This document shows, piece by piece, positions 50,040-63,884 of a stretch of 64,000 nt of DNA (position 1 is its first letter; every line of letters begins with the position of its first letter). Position numbers and translations under genes: made by a program. Source of the stretch: Felis catus. Its lineage: Eukaryota. The stretch lies in assembly GCF_018350175.1 (NCBI RefSeq), contig NC_058368.1, positions 213,902,001 to 213,966,000 of the forward strand, given 5' to 3'. The notes under the pieces were generated by a model that was not told the origin of the DNA, did not search any database, and saw only the letters and a program-made list of their open reading frames with translations.

Positions 50040-50590
50040 CATAATGGTAAAAACCCTGCTCCCTTGTGAGAATAGAATGCAGAGCTCTTACTGTGCTCTG
50101 GAAAAGCTGTGCAAGATCTGACTTCCCTGCCACCTCTTTGGTACTCTGTTCCTTACTTCACTCCATCCACGGTGGCCTCTTTGCAGTTCCTAGAACACAT
50201 CGGTCCCGCTTTCCATAGGACTTCTGCTGGTTTTTTTTTTTTTCTATCTGAGACACTCTTCTCCCAGATTGCTGCATGGTGGGTTCCTCTGCTTCTTTCT
50301 AGTCTTTGCTCACATGACACCTGTTTGAAGACTCCTTTCCTGACCACCATTTTAAATACAGCCGTAGTGCCTTGCCCATTTTGATTCTGCTTCACGGAAG
50401 AATGTTCATCTTGACCTGCTCTGCCATGTAGTTGTTTTTTATGGTCTCTTTCCCTTCTCTGGAATATAAGGGGTTTTAGCTGTGTAGGTCACCATTGTGT
50501 CTCCAGGGTCTAGAAGAGTGCCTGCTGCATAATAGGTGCTCAGTAAATACTTATTGCATATAAGCAAGTATTTAGTGAATGAATGCATGC
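50040..50590 (+). mobile_element. LINE-2 3' end
   Basis: ggcctctttgcagttcctagaacac..., gtgcctg...aataggtgctcagtaaata...tgaatgaatg terminus. Confidence 0.75.
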
Positions 50591-51791
50591 CTACATATAT
50601 AGTAGCTCTAGAGCAGCAATGCTGTCCAGTTCTATAACAGCATCTGAGATTTAAAAAAAAATACAGATCAAAAAGGAATTTTGATCTTTACTTTCTTCTT
50701 TCTCAGATGTGTAATCCTGTCCAGGCTCTTATCTCACAGCAACTTATATAAAGATCTTTTATCCTCTTTCTAGTAACCCAAATTCCTTGGGTACCACTAA
50801 TCCCTCTAGCACAAATAGGACACTCTCATCTGTGCCCACCCATCCCCATCATCTTGGTCCCCTTGTTTCTCCATGAAGTGTTTGGCCCTATGTTGCAGTT
50901 CCTAGGATATCTCCTGACCTGGGGAGGGTGGTCATTGTTCTCCATACCTTCAGACCTCTTGTCCTTCCTTGGGTCGAGATTAGGCAAAGAAAAGGGGTAC
51001 AAGGTGGTTGCATACATTGGTCAAGAAGTTAAGCCCAAAGAGACGGCAGAAGCATGTGAACACAAAATTAATGGCCACATTATATTAATGTCTTTGGTTC
51101 ATCAAGTACCAGATTAATTGGTTCTTTCCAAGGTACTTTAATTATGTCCTTTGTTGTTTTTATGCTCTGTACTTGGTAATATATGCTTCTGTAAGCCTCA
51201 GAGTACTCGGTATTTTTTCCGTGTACTAACTCCATAATGATCTTCATGATATTAGTACAGGCTTTTTAGTGCTATTCATCACGGCAGGTGCAGCACATTA
51301 GCACCAAAAAATTAGACCATAATGCAACAATAGCTTATTGGAAACATCCATAAATACCTCATAAAAGCTTAGAATTTCCTTAAGACAGTAACATCACTTC
51401 TAAAGAGCGTTCATCTGTTACCTTAGAAGGAATGATAAAATATTTAAGACATAACATAGTTCTGTATATTATTAACTGTGGCTCTTTATGCTAGGTGGTT
51501 TTAAATTTATTTAGGTAGGCACTTTTTTTATATTCATGCCTCACAAATGGAGCCTTTTATCATTTATAATGTTGTTGTTGCCATTTTAGTAAATGAGATG
51601 GTTTATGAGCACTGTTCATCAGTGAAACAAATGGCTTTTGTATTATTTGGCACCTGGTTAAACAATGTAAATTCTAAATTACTTTTTTATAAATGTCCTT
51701 TTTTCCCCTTATTGTTTTGTTTTTCCTTATTCGGCTGATGATTGGCTGTTAAGTAGCCTTATTTTTCCCTCTCTTTCCACTCCTACTCTAG

Positions 51792-51961
51792 ATGGAGGAA
51801 AGGAGGTGCTGTCCATGCACCAGATTCTCCTTTACTTATTACGGTGTAGCAAAGCCCTGGTTCCCGAAGAGGAGATCGCCAATATGCTTCAGTGGGAAGA
51901 ACTTGAATGGCAGAAATACGCAGAAGAATGCAAAGGCATGATCGTCACCAACCCTGGAACG
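51792..51961 (+). CDS. DROSHA: DROSHA coding exon, 170 nt (DGGKEVLSMHQILL...MIVTNPGT)
   Basis: actctag|AT GGA GGA...GGA ACG|gtatgt. Confidence 0.97.
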
Positions 51962-52108
51962 GTATGTTCTGGTGCTTTCACGTTCTGAGACTGAATTACA
52001 TGTTCTGAGACTCTTTCCGGGTTTGAATGTTGACAAAAACAGTAACAAAACATTTTAAAAGTTTTAAGTATTCATTCTTGTCCTTTGAATAATTTTCCCT
52101 TTTTAAAA

Positions 52109-52300
52109 TTTCATTTTATTTTTTTAATGTTTATTTATTTATTTGGGGGGGGGCAGAGAGAAAGGGAAACAGAACCCTAATCAGGCTCCACATTGTCAGC
52201 ACAAAGCCCATTGTGGGGCTTGATTCCACAAACCATGAGATCATGACCTGAGCTGAAATCGAGAGTCAGGTACTTAATGACTGAGCCACCCAGGTGCCCC
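52109..52300 (-). mobile_element. CanSINE
   Basis: Body ending gagccacccaggtgcccc. Confidence 0.93.
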
Positions 52301-52429
52301 AAGTAATTTTTCTTTTAAATATTTAGTAAAAAAAAAAAAAATTGACAAGGGAGTCGTATTGAGTAGTAAATTTCTCTCTGATTAGTAAATTTTGCCCATT
52401 ATGGAGAATTTAAAAGTTTTTAGATATGT

Positions 52430-53480
52430 TCATATCTGATTTTTTTTCTGAGTATAAAAGTAACATACTTCACTATAGAAAATTAAGATAATAGAGAAAA
52501 CATCCCAGAGAAGACAATAAAAGTTATCCATGGTTCCATTTTCCAGAGATATTACTATTTGCTTTTCTAACCTCTTTAGAGACTTTCATATTGTTTTAAA
52601 ACAAAATTGGCATCATACAATTAAATATTAATATTCAGATGTTTTTCTTTTCTTCCTCTTCCAGAAACAACCATAAAATTAATTTTTCATAGTCTTAATT
52701 TCTTTATGAGTATAATTTGAAAAGGCTCCTAAGTTATTTAATTTACCCCCTATTATTGGACACCTAGGTTGCTTCCAGAGTTTTGCTGTCACAAATAGTG
52801 CTGTAGTGAATTTGTATATGCATGTATAAACACATATATACATAAATATGTATGTATCACTGATTATGTGTCCATTTAATGTTTTAGGAAGAAGTCCCAT
52901 AAATGATATTAGTAGGCTGAAGATATACACATTTTAAAAAGTTTTTATTTATTTATTTTGAGAGAGACAGAGTATGAGCAGGGGAGGGGCAGAGAAAGGG
53001 AGAATCTCAAGCACGCTCCGCACTGTTAGTGCAGAGCCCGACAGGGGACTCAAACTCATGAAACTGTGAGATCATGGCCTGAGCTGAAACCAAGAGTTGG
53101 ATGCTCAACTGACTGAGCTACCCAGGAGCCCCTGAAGATACGCACATTTTTAAGGCTTTTGATACAGTTGTAAATTGCCTTCTAGAAAGGTTCTAAAATT
53201 TGTACTTTGACCGGGAGTATATGAGCATGTCCATGTCTTCATATTGGTTATAGTGTACTAGTTTAACAAAAATACTATCAATTTACCCCGGGGAAAAATT
53301 ATGTAGTTCAGTATTTATTTTGGTTTCTAGCAAAAATTGGTATTTTAAATGTTTCTTGGCCTTTCATGTTTTCTTTTGATAATGACCTATTACTATCTCT
53401 TGTCTAATTTTCTTTTGTGATACTTGTCCTTTTTCATTGATCCTTTGTCATACTTATTACCAATATTTCCCATTTCTTTG
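52430..53480 (-). mobile_element. Ancient L1ME-like fragment
   Basis: cctattattggacacctaggttgcttccag...ttttgctgtcacaaatagtgctg..., aaattgccttctagaaagg. Confidence 0.7.
52942..53132 (-). mobile_element. CanSINE
   Basis: TSD tgaagata..cacatttt. Confidence 0.95.
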
Positions 53481-54279
53481 TTTCTTAATTTTTTTTCTAA
53501 AAATTAGCCTCTAATGTTAATTCTTGAAGTAAAAATGAAAATATTAAGAGCAGAAAGTCAAAAGTTAAATAGATTCTCTTATAAAGAAAATGCTGTTTTG
53601 TATATTTATATGAATTAAAAGTTTTTTCTCTAAAGTATGTTACTGTAATCATAAAATAATTATATATTGGCTTCTTATCAGGATAAAGTTTTCCAGAAAT
53701 GGAGAATTAAAATATTTTTATGTAAAGAAACAGAGTAATCTATTTAAACAAAGCTGTTGTTTTTAAAAGGCTGCCAAATTGTTTAATAGCCTTGATTCAT
53801 AAAAATAAAAACTCTGGATCAACTTTTTCTAGCATGACAGTAACATCTGTACAGACAAAATGTTACTATTTACAAATCAAACATTCCAGCTAATACTGAT
53901 TGTTTCAAACAAATTTAGACAGTGAAAGTGTTTAATAAAAATATGTTTAAACATAAAACTTGTTTAAAACTTAAAACAATCATACAGTTTTTACAATTAC
54001 ATTGTTAGGCCACATAAATAATTGTTAAAGTAACTCTAAAATCTATTAAGTCATAGCATTATGACAATATAACTGTGAATTTGGTTTTTCTTCTTAAATA
54101 GTTGCATGAATTTACATTTCTTCTGCCAGTTTTAAAGTGGGGTCAGAGGATGGGTGGGGGTGACGGTGGTCGGAGACACACCTTTTCATCTTGGTGGGTC
54201 TGCCTGAAGAGTCTCATGATCTGTAGTGGACACTTTGGGAACACTTTCACCCTGGGGCTTCCTTCCACAGAATGGCTAA

Positions 54280-54425
54280 CATTTCCTAAAATCCTAGAAT
54301 CAGTTGGAAAGCTTTTGAAAATGTAAGAATGCCCTGACTGTCCCCACCCATATATATTTCAAGTATGGGGCCCAAGGATCTCTAGTTTAAAAAAAAATCC
54401 CGCAGTGCTTTTCTGATTCATCCAT
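54280..54425. mobile_element. Degenerate MER5-like fragment
   Basis: tagaatca..tggaaagcttttgaaaat...tggggcccaaggatct...tttaaaa...tctgat. Confidence 0.5.
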
Positions 54426-56219
54426 TGCTTGTTTTTGAGCCAAAGGCATTGAGGATATTTACTCCATTGCCATGATTATCATTTAGCTCCTTTGTTGAGG
54501 GACTACTGTTTGAGCTAGGTGTTAGTGAAGTACATAGATTATATATGTTGTTTGTCTGGGCACAAACTCGTGGCATAGCCATATGAAAGTAGTCTGCGAT
54601 GAATTGTTGAATCAGTGGACTAGTCAGTCGAAAAGCCAATCAAGAAGGCCTGTAGTTTCAGGCGGGATCCCTGGACCAGGCTGCCAGGGATACTTCATAA
54701 AGGCTACAGGGAGGTCTTTAAGGAATCAAGAAATTGTAGAATTTATTGGCATGAATAAATTCATATACTTGGAAGGATAAATGGCCAGTTTTGAAGATAA
54801 TGAAACCAGATTAATCAGGATGAAAGGTTTATGTTGGGAAGTAATCAGAAATAAATTAAGAAAGATAAGTTTGGGTGCCAGACTTGGTGACATGTTAAAA
54901 TTAATAAAAATATGTTTAAAGGAGGAAAATATTCTGAAATTCAGTATCATGGAAACATCATTTCATTATATCTTTTGCGAATAGAGCAGAGTAGACATGG
55001 CATCACATTTTATCCTCTGCAGTACTTGCTTTGAAAGATTACCCAGTGGTAAGAATATTGGAGACTTTATTAAATTTTTCAAGCCATTATGGTCACATTA
55101 AGTACTTTATTGCTGCAGAACTTAAAAGAATTAATCTCCCTCCTGAGGCACTTTGCCTCTGCCAGGGAATACTTTGGTCATTAGCAAGAACTTTTTTTTA
55201 TTCTTCCTCAAAGCTGGTATGATGGATATTGTAGGGTGTGGCCAAAGTCTAGAACTTATTTCATCTTGCCCCTCTGTAAATTTAGAGATGCTATATATAT
55301 TTTAAATCACAATTTCTTTGGTTGATGCCATAGCATGGTGTTTAAAATCATGAAAACATGAATAATTCACTAGCATTTTCAGTTGTGCGATTCCTCTTTT
55401 AAAACTGTATCCTGCTGCTTAGATATACAAAATCTTGGTAACATTTCTTAGACATAAATAACATGTTGCTACTGATGATGGGCGTTTAAATAATTTCATA
55501 TTTGGTTACCTGTTTCTAGAAAATCTTCTCCAAGAAGTTTATTAATTTTGAGAGCAGAGTTCAACTTTTCCAAATACTAGTGAACTTTTGACTGTTAAGT
55601 GACATTTAAATATTCTTGTAAAACTTAAGTATACATTGTTTTCTAATCAGTGTGTATGAATTTACACAGATGTATTTATTTTGTCACTTACTTGGATTTG
55701 TCAGATGGCTGAGTGGGGCTACAATTATGGGTAGGGTAACCAGCTTGTTTTCAGTTGTTGGGGGTTTTCCCAGTTTTACCATTGAAACCCCTCTGTCCTG
55801 GTTAAACCAGGCCACCAACCAGACTCTGACTGTGGGCATTGCTGTATGGCAGAATGAATCTTATTGGCCTCCACGTGGATCAACTCTGTGGCATTTGGCT
55901 CTAAAGCAGCTGAGTCAAAGAGTTTAGTTTCTAATTAGGGACTGCTGTGAGAGCTGGATCTAAGCAAGGAGGTTATATAATAGCTTTTACCATCTTTTCA
56001 CAAACTTCACCTTTTAGGATGAAAGAAAGGTATTTCACAAACAGTATGTTGTTAACTGAAGAAGGAACCACCTGTTCACTTCTTCCTGTATTAGAATAAA
56101 AAAAATGAGGCTTCTATTAAAATTAAAGAATGTTCTCCATGGACATAATGAGAAGCTTAACCATTTGGTTTTTGTACCACCATATCTTCTATTTTAAAGG
56201 TGTAGAATTAAAGGAATAC

Positions 56220-58425
56220 CTAAGATCAGGAGTAAGACAAGGATGCTCACTTTTATTCAACATGTATTGGAAGTCCTACCAGAGCAGTTAGGCAGGAAAA
56301 AGAAATAAAAGGCATCCAAATTGTATGGAAGAAGTAAAACTGTCACTATTTGTAGATGATATGACTTTATATATAGAAAACCTCTAAAGGTTCCACCAAA
56401 AAACTGTTAGAACTAATAAGTGAATTCAGTGTAGTTGTAGGGTAAAAAAAAATCAACACATAAAAATTTGTTGGATTCTTATTTATTAACAGCAAACTAT
56501 CAGAAAGAGAACTTAAATTAAGAAAAGAGTCCCATCTATAATTACATCAAAAGAATAAGACACCTAGGAGGAAATTTAAACTAGGAAGTGAAAGGCCTGT
56601 CCTCTGAAAACTGTTAAGACGTTGATGAAAGAAATTGAAGACACAAATGAAAAGGTGTTCTGTGCTCATGGATTGGAATTAATATTATTAAAATGTCCAT
56701 ATTGCTCACAGAAATCTGTGGATTCAGTGCAACCCCTATCAAAATTCTAATGGCATTTTTCACAGAAATAGGATAAACAATCCTAAAATTTGTGTGGAAC
56801 CACAAAAGATTTTGACTAGCCAAAACAGTCTTAAGAAAGAACAGAGCTGGAGGCATCATGTTCCCTGATTTCAAACTATACAACAGGGCTATAGTAATCA
56901 AATGGTATGGCATTAGCAAAAAGAAAAATAGACACGTTGATCAGTGGAACAGAATAGAGAGCCTGGGAATAAACTCCTGCATATATGGTAAATTATGACA
57001 AAGGAGGCAAGAATATACAATGGGGAAGGAAGTCTCTTCAATAAATGGTGTTGGGAAAACTGGACAGCCACATGTGAAAGAATGAAATTGGACCACTACC
57101 TATGCCATATGCAAAAATTAACTCAAAATGGACTGAAGACTTGAATGTAAGATCTAAAGCCATGAAACTTACAGGGGAAAACATAGGTGGAATCTCTTTG
57201 GCATTGGTCTGGGCAATGATGTTTTCGTACCGGACTCCAAAAACGCAAAGGCAACAAAGGCAAAAGTAAACAAATGGAACTACATCAAACTGAAAAACTT
57301 GTGTTCAGTGAAGGAGATCATCAACAAAATGAAAAGGCCACCTACTGAATGGGAGAAGATATTTGCCAATCAGATATCCAATAAAGGGTTAATATCCAAA
57401 ATATATAAAGAACTCACACAGTTCAATAACCAAAAAACCCAAATAATTTGATTAAAAATGGACAGAAGATCTGAATAGACATTTTTCTAGAGAAGATACA
57501 AATGGCCAACAGGCATATGAAAAGATGCTCAACATCACTAATCATTAGGAAAATGCAAATCAAAATCATGAATTGTCACCTTGTACCTTTCAGAATGGCT
57601 ATTACCAAAATGACAAGAAATAACAAGTGTTGGTGAGGGTGTGGAGAAAAAGTAACCCTTGTATACTATTGGGAGTGTACATTGGTGCAGTCACTGTGGA
57701 GAACAGTATGGAGGTTCCTCAAAAAATTGAAAATATACCACATGACCCATGAGTTCCACTTCTGGGTATTTATTTGAAGGAAACAGAAACACGAATTCAA
57801 AAAGATACGAACATTTATGTTCTAGCAGTATTATTTACAGTAGTCAAGATACGGAAAAAATCGAAGTGTTCATCAGTAGATGAATACACACACACACACA
57901 CAATGGAATAGTGCTCAGCCATAAAAAAGAATAAAATCTTGCCATTTGCAACAACATGGATGGGCCTTGATGGTATTGCCCTAAGTGAAATAAGTCCCAG
58001 AAAAAGACAAACATTGTATGATTTCACTTACATGTGAAATCAAAAAACAAAATTAATGGACAAAGCAAAGCCAAACTTAGATACAGAGAACAGATTGGTG
58101 GTTGCCAGAGAGGAAGGGGAGTGGGCAAAATGAGTAAAGGGGATCAAGAGGTAAACACTTTCAATTATAAAATATATAAGTCATGGCGATGTAATGTAAA
58201 GCATAGTGACTATAAGTCAGTAATACTGTGTTGCATATTTGAAAGTTGCCAAGAAAAGATCTTGAAGGTTCTTATCATAAGAAAAAATTTTGTAGCTTTG
58301 TATGGTGACAGTTGCTAACTAGACTTGTGGTGGTCATTTCATGGTGTATAAAATACTGAATTATTATGTCCTATACCTGAAACCACTATAATGATATATA
58401 TGAATTATACTGCAATTTAAACAAA
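56220..58425 (+). mobile_element. Older 5'-truncated L1 (L1MA/L1_Carn-like), about 2.2 kb, sense to DROSHA
   Basis: Decayed ORF2 RT to C-terminus (agatcaggagtaagacaaggatg..., ctatttgtagatgatatgac, aataaatggtgttgggaaaactgg), 3'UTR and A-rich end; many stops and frameshifts. Confidence 0.92.
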
Positions 58426-58902
58426 AGAAAGGAAAAAACAAGGTACATAGAGAACTAATGGAAAAAAATATGGAGAGAGGCATCTGTGTACCCTGAGTAG
58501 AAGTAAGCCATTCATTTGATATGTGAAATGAAACAGAATAAGCCAGCACATTTCTTCCCTGTAATGTGGAATATTTCCCCTGTGTCTTTAGAGAGGTTAA
58601 GGAAAAGTTATATCTGACTAGGTGTCCTTTTAGAAGTTTAATTTTTAAAGGTTTCTATGTGGACTGCAAAAAAGGACAGACTCATTGTTCATTATGCCAA
58701 ATGGCATAGACTCATTTACAGGGATGACATTATGGTTTTTATATAGAATAGCTGCTATGATTAAAGTATTTTAAATGACATTTTCCCTTGGGGGATGAGG
58801 CTTTCCCAGAAAAAAAACCCGATTAATTTCTTCCTTACTTAGGTTAAAGTCAATACTGAAAGTCTTCTTATGGGAATAAACGGCTTTGATTTTTCTCTCT
58901 AG

Positions 58903-59027
58903 AAACCTAGCTCTGTCCGCATTGATCAACTGGATCGTGAACAGTTCAACCCTGATGTGATTACTTTTCCGATTATCGTCCATTTTGGGATACGCCCTGC
59001 ACAGTTGAGTTATGCAGGAGATCCACA
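58903..59027 (+). CDS. DROSHA: DROSHA coding exon, 125 nt (KPSSVRIDQLDREQFN...LSYAGDP)
   Basis: tctctag|AAA CCT...CCA CA|gtaaga. Confidence 0.97.
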
Positions 59028-60662
59028 GTAAGATATTTCTCAGTGTTTGTCATAGCCAATTTCACCTTCTACTAACAGCTGAATTAGCAGAGGAATACCC
59101 TTTAGTGGATGCTTTCTTTGTAAAAAAATTAAGACCTGAAATGAGCCATGTTTCCAAATTTAGGTTACCAAATGAAACACGTTTTGGTAGCTCCTGAAGA
59201 ATTATTTTCTCTATTGATTTGACTGTAGGTAATTATTATTCAATAGGATTATCCTTGGCAGTTTTGGTCAACATGAGTCCTGTATGTTTTTAACCTTAAG
59301 GAACTTTTCCTTTATTCATCATTATAATATTTATTGTTATTATTATTATTTACTTTTCCAGTGTACTCTAGAGGAAAGTAACACCATGTTGGTTCCTAGC
59401 ACTGCCGGATTTATGCAGAGTTCTATTTTGGGAGGCATCTTAATAAGCTCAGGATCCTATGCAAAGTCAAAGGTTGTGTTCTAAGGAGAAGGCATGACTT
59501 CTGACTCTTAGAATTGATGTTACTTTCCACGTTTGAGTTTTTCCAAGTCGCTTGTTAGTGTTTTTCTGGGAGAAGCTGAGGATGTGTGGGAATAGAAATA
59601 GTACCATTATATTCTTCAGAAGTGTTTGGATTTCCTACCTCGTTAAACAAACGAAAAAATGGTTTCCTGACTTAATTTTTTTTTTTAAGGATTCATAATG
59701 GGAGAAAAGGGCATGGGAGATTTTCAATTCATAAATACAATTCTGGCTGATACATTAGAAGAGGCTAAAGGGTTTTGTTCTTTTTTTCCCCCCTTTGGAT
59801 AAAAGTATGAAGCAGTGAACCAGGCACTGTGTAAGTACTTCTTTCTTTCCTCCATTCTCTAAAAAATTGTTACCAAAAAGGAGAGACCCAGCTAAGGCCA
59901 AGAAAGGAGCAGTTTGAATATGACAAAATTCTTTGAAAGTCCCTTCTTGTCAAAAATGTTAGTAGAATGTGATAGGCTGTCGTGGACTCTCCGATGGCAG
60001 GACTGTGTGCTGCTAAAGGACCGCATTTCTCTTCATTCCCAGGACGCTTTAACAGGATCCTTTACACTGAGCCAGCTTATCCCATATTTGGCTGCAACAA
60101 ATAAGCTTATTTTTGTCATGGTAAATACAAATTGGTGCACACCATTCGTCTTTTTCCTTCTCCAGTGGAGAAATGGAGACAGCTGTGTAGCTTGGGTATT
60201 GGCATGGATGGGGTTCTCTTTTCTAATATTCTCCAGCTTTTATTTTCAATGTAGGCAGTTCAGAGACCGACAGTATCCTTGTTAAGTAAGGGATCTTTCT
60301 TTCAACAACCTCAGAAAGTACATATTTAAATAAAATAGGTAATGATGAGAAATGATACATATTTCTGTTGGTTTTTATGTTTCTTTGGAATTCTTTCCAG
60401 AGAGATTCAGGCATATAGTGACACCTCATTTTCAACACAGACTTATAATAATGAACTTAATTACTAGGTTCCAGATGACTCTTGGTCATCCTGCCCCACT
60501 GCCCCCAAATCATATCCTTCCTTAGAATGAAGGTTTGTTACCATTAAGGATCTCCAAAAGAATGTAATTTATGATTCAGCAGGCCTATTAAAACAACTGG
60601 TTTTATTGCACTTCAGATTCTCGTTCTCCTTGTCTGAGATGTCTGTCTGTCCTTTTCCTTAG

Positions 60663-60762
60663 GTACCAGAAACTGTGGAAGAGTTATGTGAAACTTCGCC
60701 ACCTCCTAGCAAATAGTCCCAAAGTTAAACAAACTGACAAACAGAAGCTGGCACAAAGGGAG
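60663..60762 (+). CDS. DROSHA: DROSHA coding exon, 100 nt (YQKLWKSYVKLRHLLANSPKVKQTDKQKLAQRE)
   Basis: tccttag|G TAC CAG...AGG GAG|gttggt. Confidence 0.97.
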
Positions 60763-62184
60763 GTTGGTATCAAATCCTGTTCTGTGATAAATGATGATGT
60801 GCTTCAGATTTATTTCAAGATTATTGCATTACACCATTCTTCTAGAATAAGGTGGAAAAACACTTAAAAATATCATTCTTTTTCCTCACATTGGTATATA
60901 GATTGATTTTCTTTTCCATCTTTCAGTGTCTAAGCATTTTCCCCCTAAAAAGGCCAGTTTCTTCATGGATTCCTACGATTGGGAATAAATGTATCTTTTA
61001 GAAATTTTCCAAATTTTAAAACTTGCTAGGTCAGTTTTTTATCATTAATTAGACTGCATACAGTACAACGTGGGTCTTACTCAGGTTTCTTCATCTTAAG
61101 GTTGTAAAAGATTATCTTCCATATGTCTGTCAGTTTAGTAGGGTGAACTTCTAAGGTTTTATATCCCAAATTCCATATTTTTTTACTAATGGGTAGTATT
61201 ATCCCTGTATTCCAGGATTATTTATGTTTTAATTCTTAATTCATAATTTTAAGAATAAGTGGATTCAATGTCAACATAGATTTTATCTCATTGAAGTTTT
61301 ATTCTGCTTTGGTAGTATAAGAGAACCAGACTTTGAAGATGGGAAAAGCGTTTGAATTCTGGTCTTGTCCACTTCCTGTGATTTGAGCCAGACATCCTCA
61401 TTAAAAAGGAGGGAAACAAGGCTAAGAGAGGCTGACTCAAATTTCTCTCTGTTGGTGGACCCAGGGAAATAGGTGCTTGTGTGGACTTCTGAAATACTCC
61501 ATTGAACTTTCCCCCCAATGGTATTTGGTCTGTGGTAGGCACTTAATGGTGGGAGTGGTGCAGTAGTTGTTGTTATGAGTTCCTGTGAGATTCTTATTGA
61601 GTAAGCATACAAATATAAAATTATTTTTTTATAATTAGTTTTTTGAAGGGAGGTAAAAGGGAAGAGTCTTGCAAAGTCTTGATTATGTCTTGCAAAAGTT
61701 TTGAATCATTGTCTTTTTAAAATAAAATGTACCCCTGCAAGAGTTTTTGTAAGGGTGTTGCAAATTAGAAGCAACTTTTAGAATTAGGTGGGTTGCAGGT
61801 TAATTTACTGATTGTCTTTCTTAGGTGTAAATGCTTGACATAAGGCTTGATAGAAATATAATTTTTACATGATGATTTTAAGTCCCAAACATCACATTTT
61901 GTTTATCAGTACAAGGTCATTTTTTACTTGAACTCACCAGAATAGTCGATTTGGTTTAGATTTTTTTTCTTAGGTAGTTACCAGGAAAGACCGACTTACA
62001 CCCAAGGCTTTGAGGATCCTAGCCTTCATTTCAAATAAAATATTGTAATTTGGCATAAAGAGGTTTGAATACCTGAATATAAGGGTGATATTCAGTGAAT
62101 CCAGCTTATAGTGTAATGCTTGATGTTTGGCTTAATATTACCTTACAACTGTCAGGTTACTTATTGTAATGAGTTCTTTTCTAG

Positions 62185-62292
62185 GAAGCGCTCCAAAAAA
62201 TACGACAGAAGAATACAATGAGGCGAGAAGTAACAGTGGAGCTGAGTAGTCAAGGATTTTGGAAAACTGGCATCCGTTCTGATGTCTGTCAG
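62185..62292 (+). CDS. DROSHA: DROSHA coding exon, 108 nt (EALQKIRQKNTMRREVTVELSSQGFWKTGIRSDVCQ)
   Basis: tttctag|GAA GCG...TGT CAG|gtgatg. Confidence 0.97.
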
Positions 62293-63884
62293 GTGATGAC
62301 GCCTCTGAGAACACAATTATACCTATATATCTCTTTTTTTAAAAGGCATCTGCCACTGAAGTTTTCCTAATTTCCATGAATTTCCGTAGAACGTACTGTC
62401 TTCTAGCTAAATGGAACACCAACCATAAATTGTTTTCTATTGTTTGGGTTTTGTTTTTGTGTCCATTTTCATGTTGTCTTGTTCAGTTTTGTGTGTGTGT
62501 GTGCACGTGTATGTGTGTGCCACTGCGTGTGTACACGTGTGCATGTGCGCAGTGGTGGGCAGTTACTTGGTAGTACTAAATTCTGTCTCTGCATGTTGAG
62601 TGAAGGCAAGTCTGTTCTTGAAATGCCCCCGCCTGTTCGCAGCACCTGTGTGGGTGCTTCTGAAAAGAGCTCCAGCAGCTCTACAGGCAGACTCCTGAAG
62701 GTGGTGTGTACAAACTTTCCAGACGGATGACGCAAACTTATACTTTAGAGAATTGAAGGCATTAATGAACAGAATCAGTGTAAATTTCATATTTGAGCCA
62801 AATGATAATAGTTTTTGATGGGTGAACTAATAGAAGAACATGTCAGCTATATATGACTGTCTCACTAGTAACTATTTTTGTTTTCCCTATGAGTGGAATT
62901 TATACCAGATTAGAGATTCCTAAAACCGAGCATATTCCTGGGCTCTTCACTTGATTCTTTTGTTATGATTGGTACTGGTTATGCTCCATGGGAATTACAG
63001 TAGCAGAAATGAGTACACAGGCAGGGATCAAGTAATGTAGTTCACTGTGTTCAGGCTTTTGGAAGAATACTTACAGGCTTCCACTTAATTCTGTTTTGAT
63101 GGTAGTATATATTGTAATCAGTTCAAGCAGTCTTAGGAATTTATTTCATCATAATGAGGTTTATTTTTTCCTTAAGTCGGTGTTGGCATTTAATTATTAT
63201 ATTGAACAGTGGGATTTAATCTTATCATTAAATGTATTGCTGTGTAATTCATTTATGTTGTGATGTCTGGAGCTACATATTTTTGTGTTAAGATTAATTG
63301 CTATTGATGCAGTGTTACTAAATAGTTTGAGAATAGTTACCAACAGTGGCAACCACCTATATCTACCAAGTCTTCAGTTACTTTGTTAACTGACCAATTT
63401 TTTTTTTTTTTTGCCATAAGTACTTTCAGGAGTGAGTATCTCTGTTGATTCTTTCTTAAAGCCACTCGAAGCCATGATACCCAGGTTTTCAGTTTCTCCC
63501 AAACCAACATAACGTCATCCTAAGGTAGACATTATAAGAACAGTATGCGGAATGTTCAACAATCTGTTCAAAATCTGGTGCTTTCAGTGATAAGTCAGAA
63601 TTGATAGAGACATCATAAAATTGTGGAACATTAAGACTGGAAGGAACCTTAGAGATCTTTCAGTTCAGTGGGTTTTAAACTTTGTGTGTGTGTGGTTTTT
63701 TTTTTTTTTTTTTTTTTTTTTTTGACAAAACCCTATGGAACCCTAATTTGTAAAAAGATAGAAAATAACTAAGGGGTGGTGGGAGTGGAGGGAGTATCCT
63801 GTTGTATTGATTTCCACCCTTGTAGCAGGCCCTAAGGCAGTTTTGTTCCACTGGACACAATTTTGTTTAAAGTATTGAGCCCTT

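Larger units (their letters stand above)
991..62292 (+). other. DROSHA: DROSHA gene body (partial: 16 coding exons and 15 introns; continues beyond both window ends)
   Basis: Sixteen GT-AG bounded exons splice in frame (2554 nt) to a sequence matching recalled human DROSHA from ...HRMSFHPGRG to ...GIRSDVCQ. Confidence 0.99.

Noticed and set aside
50544..50576. Small hairpin taaatactt...aagtattta
   Set aside because: Short AT-rich stem at an L2 tail; too short for a miRNA precursor
62490..62551. Alternating purine-pyrimidine tract (Z-DNA potential)
   Set aside because: Ordinary degenerate (TG)n microsatellite; no evidence of function
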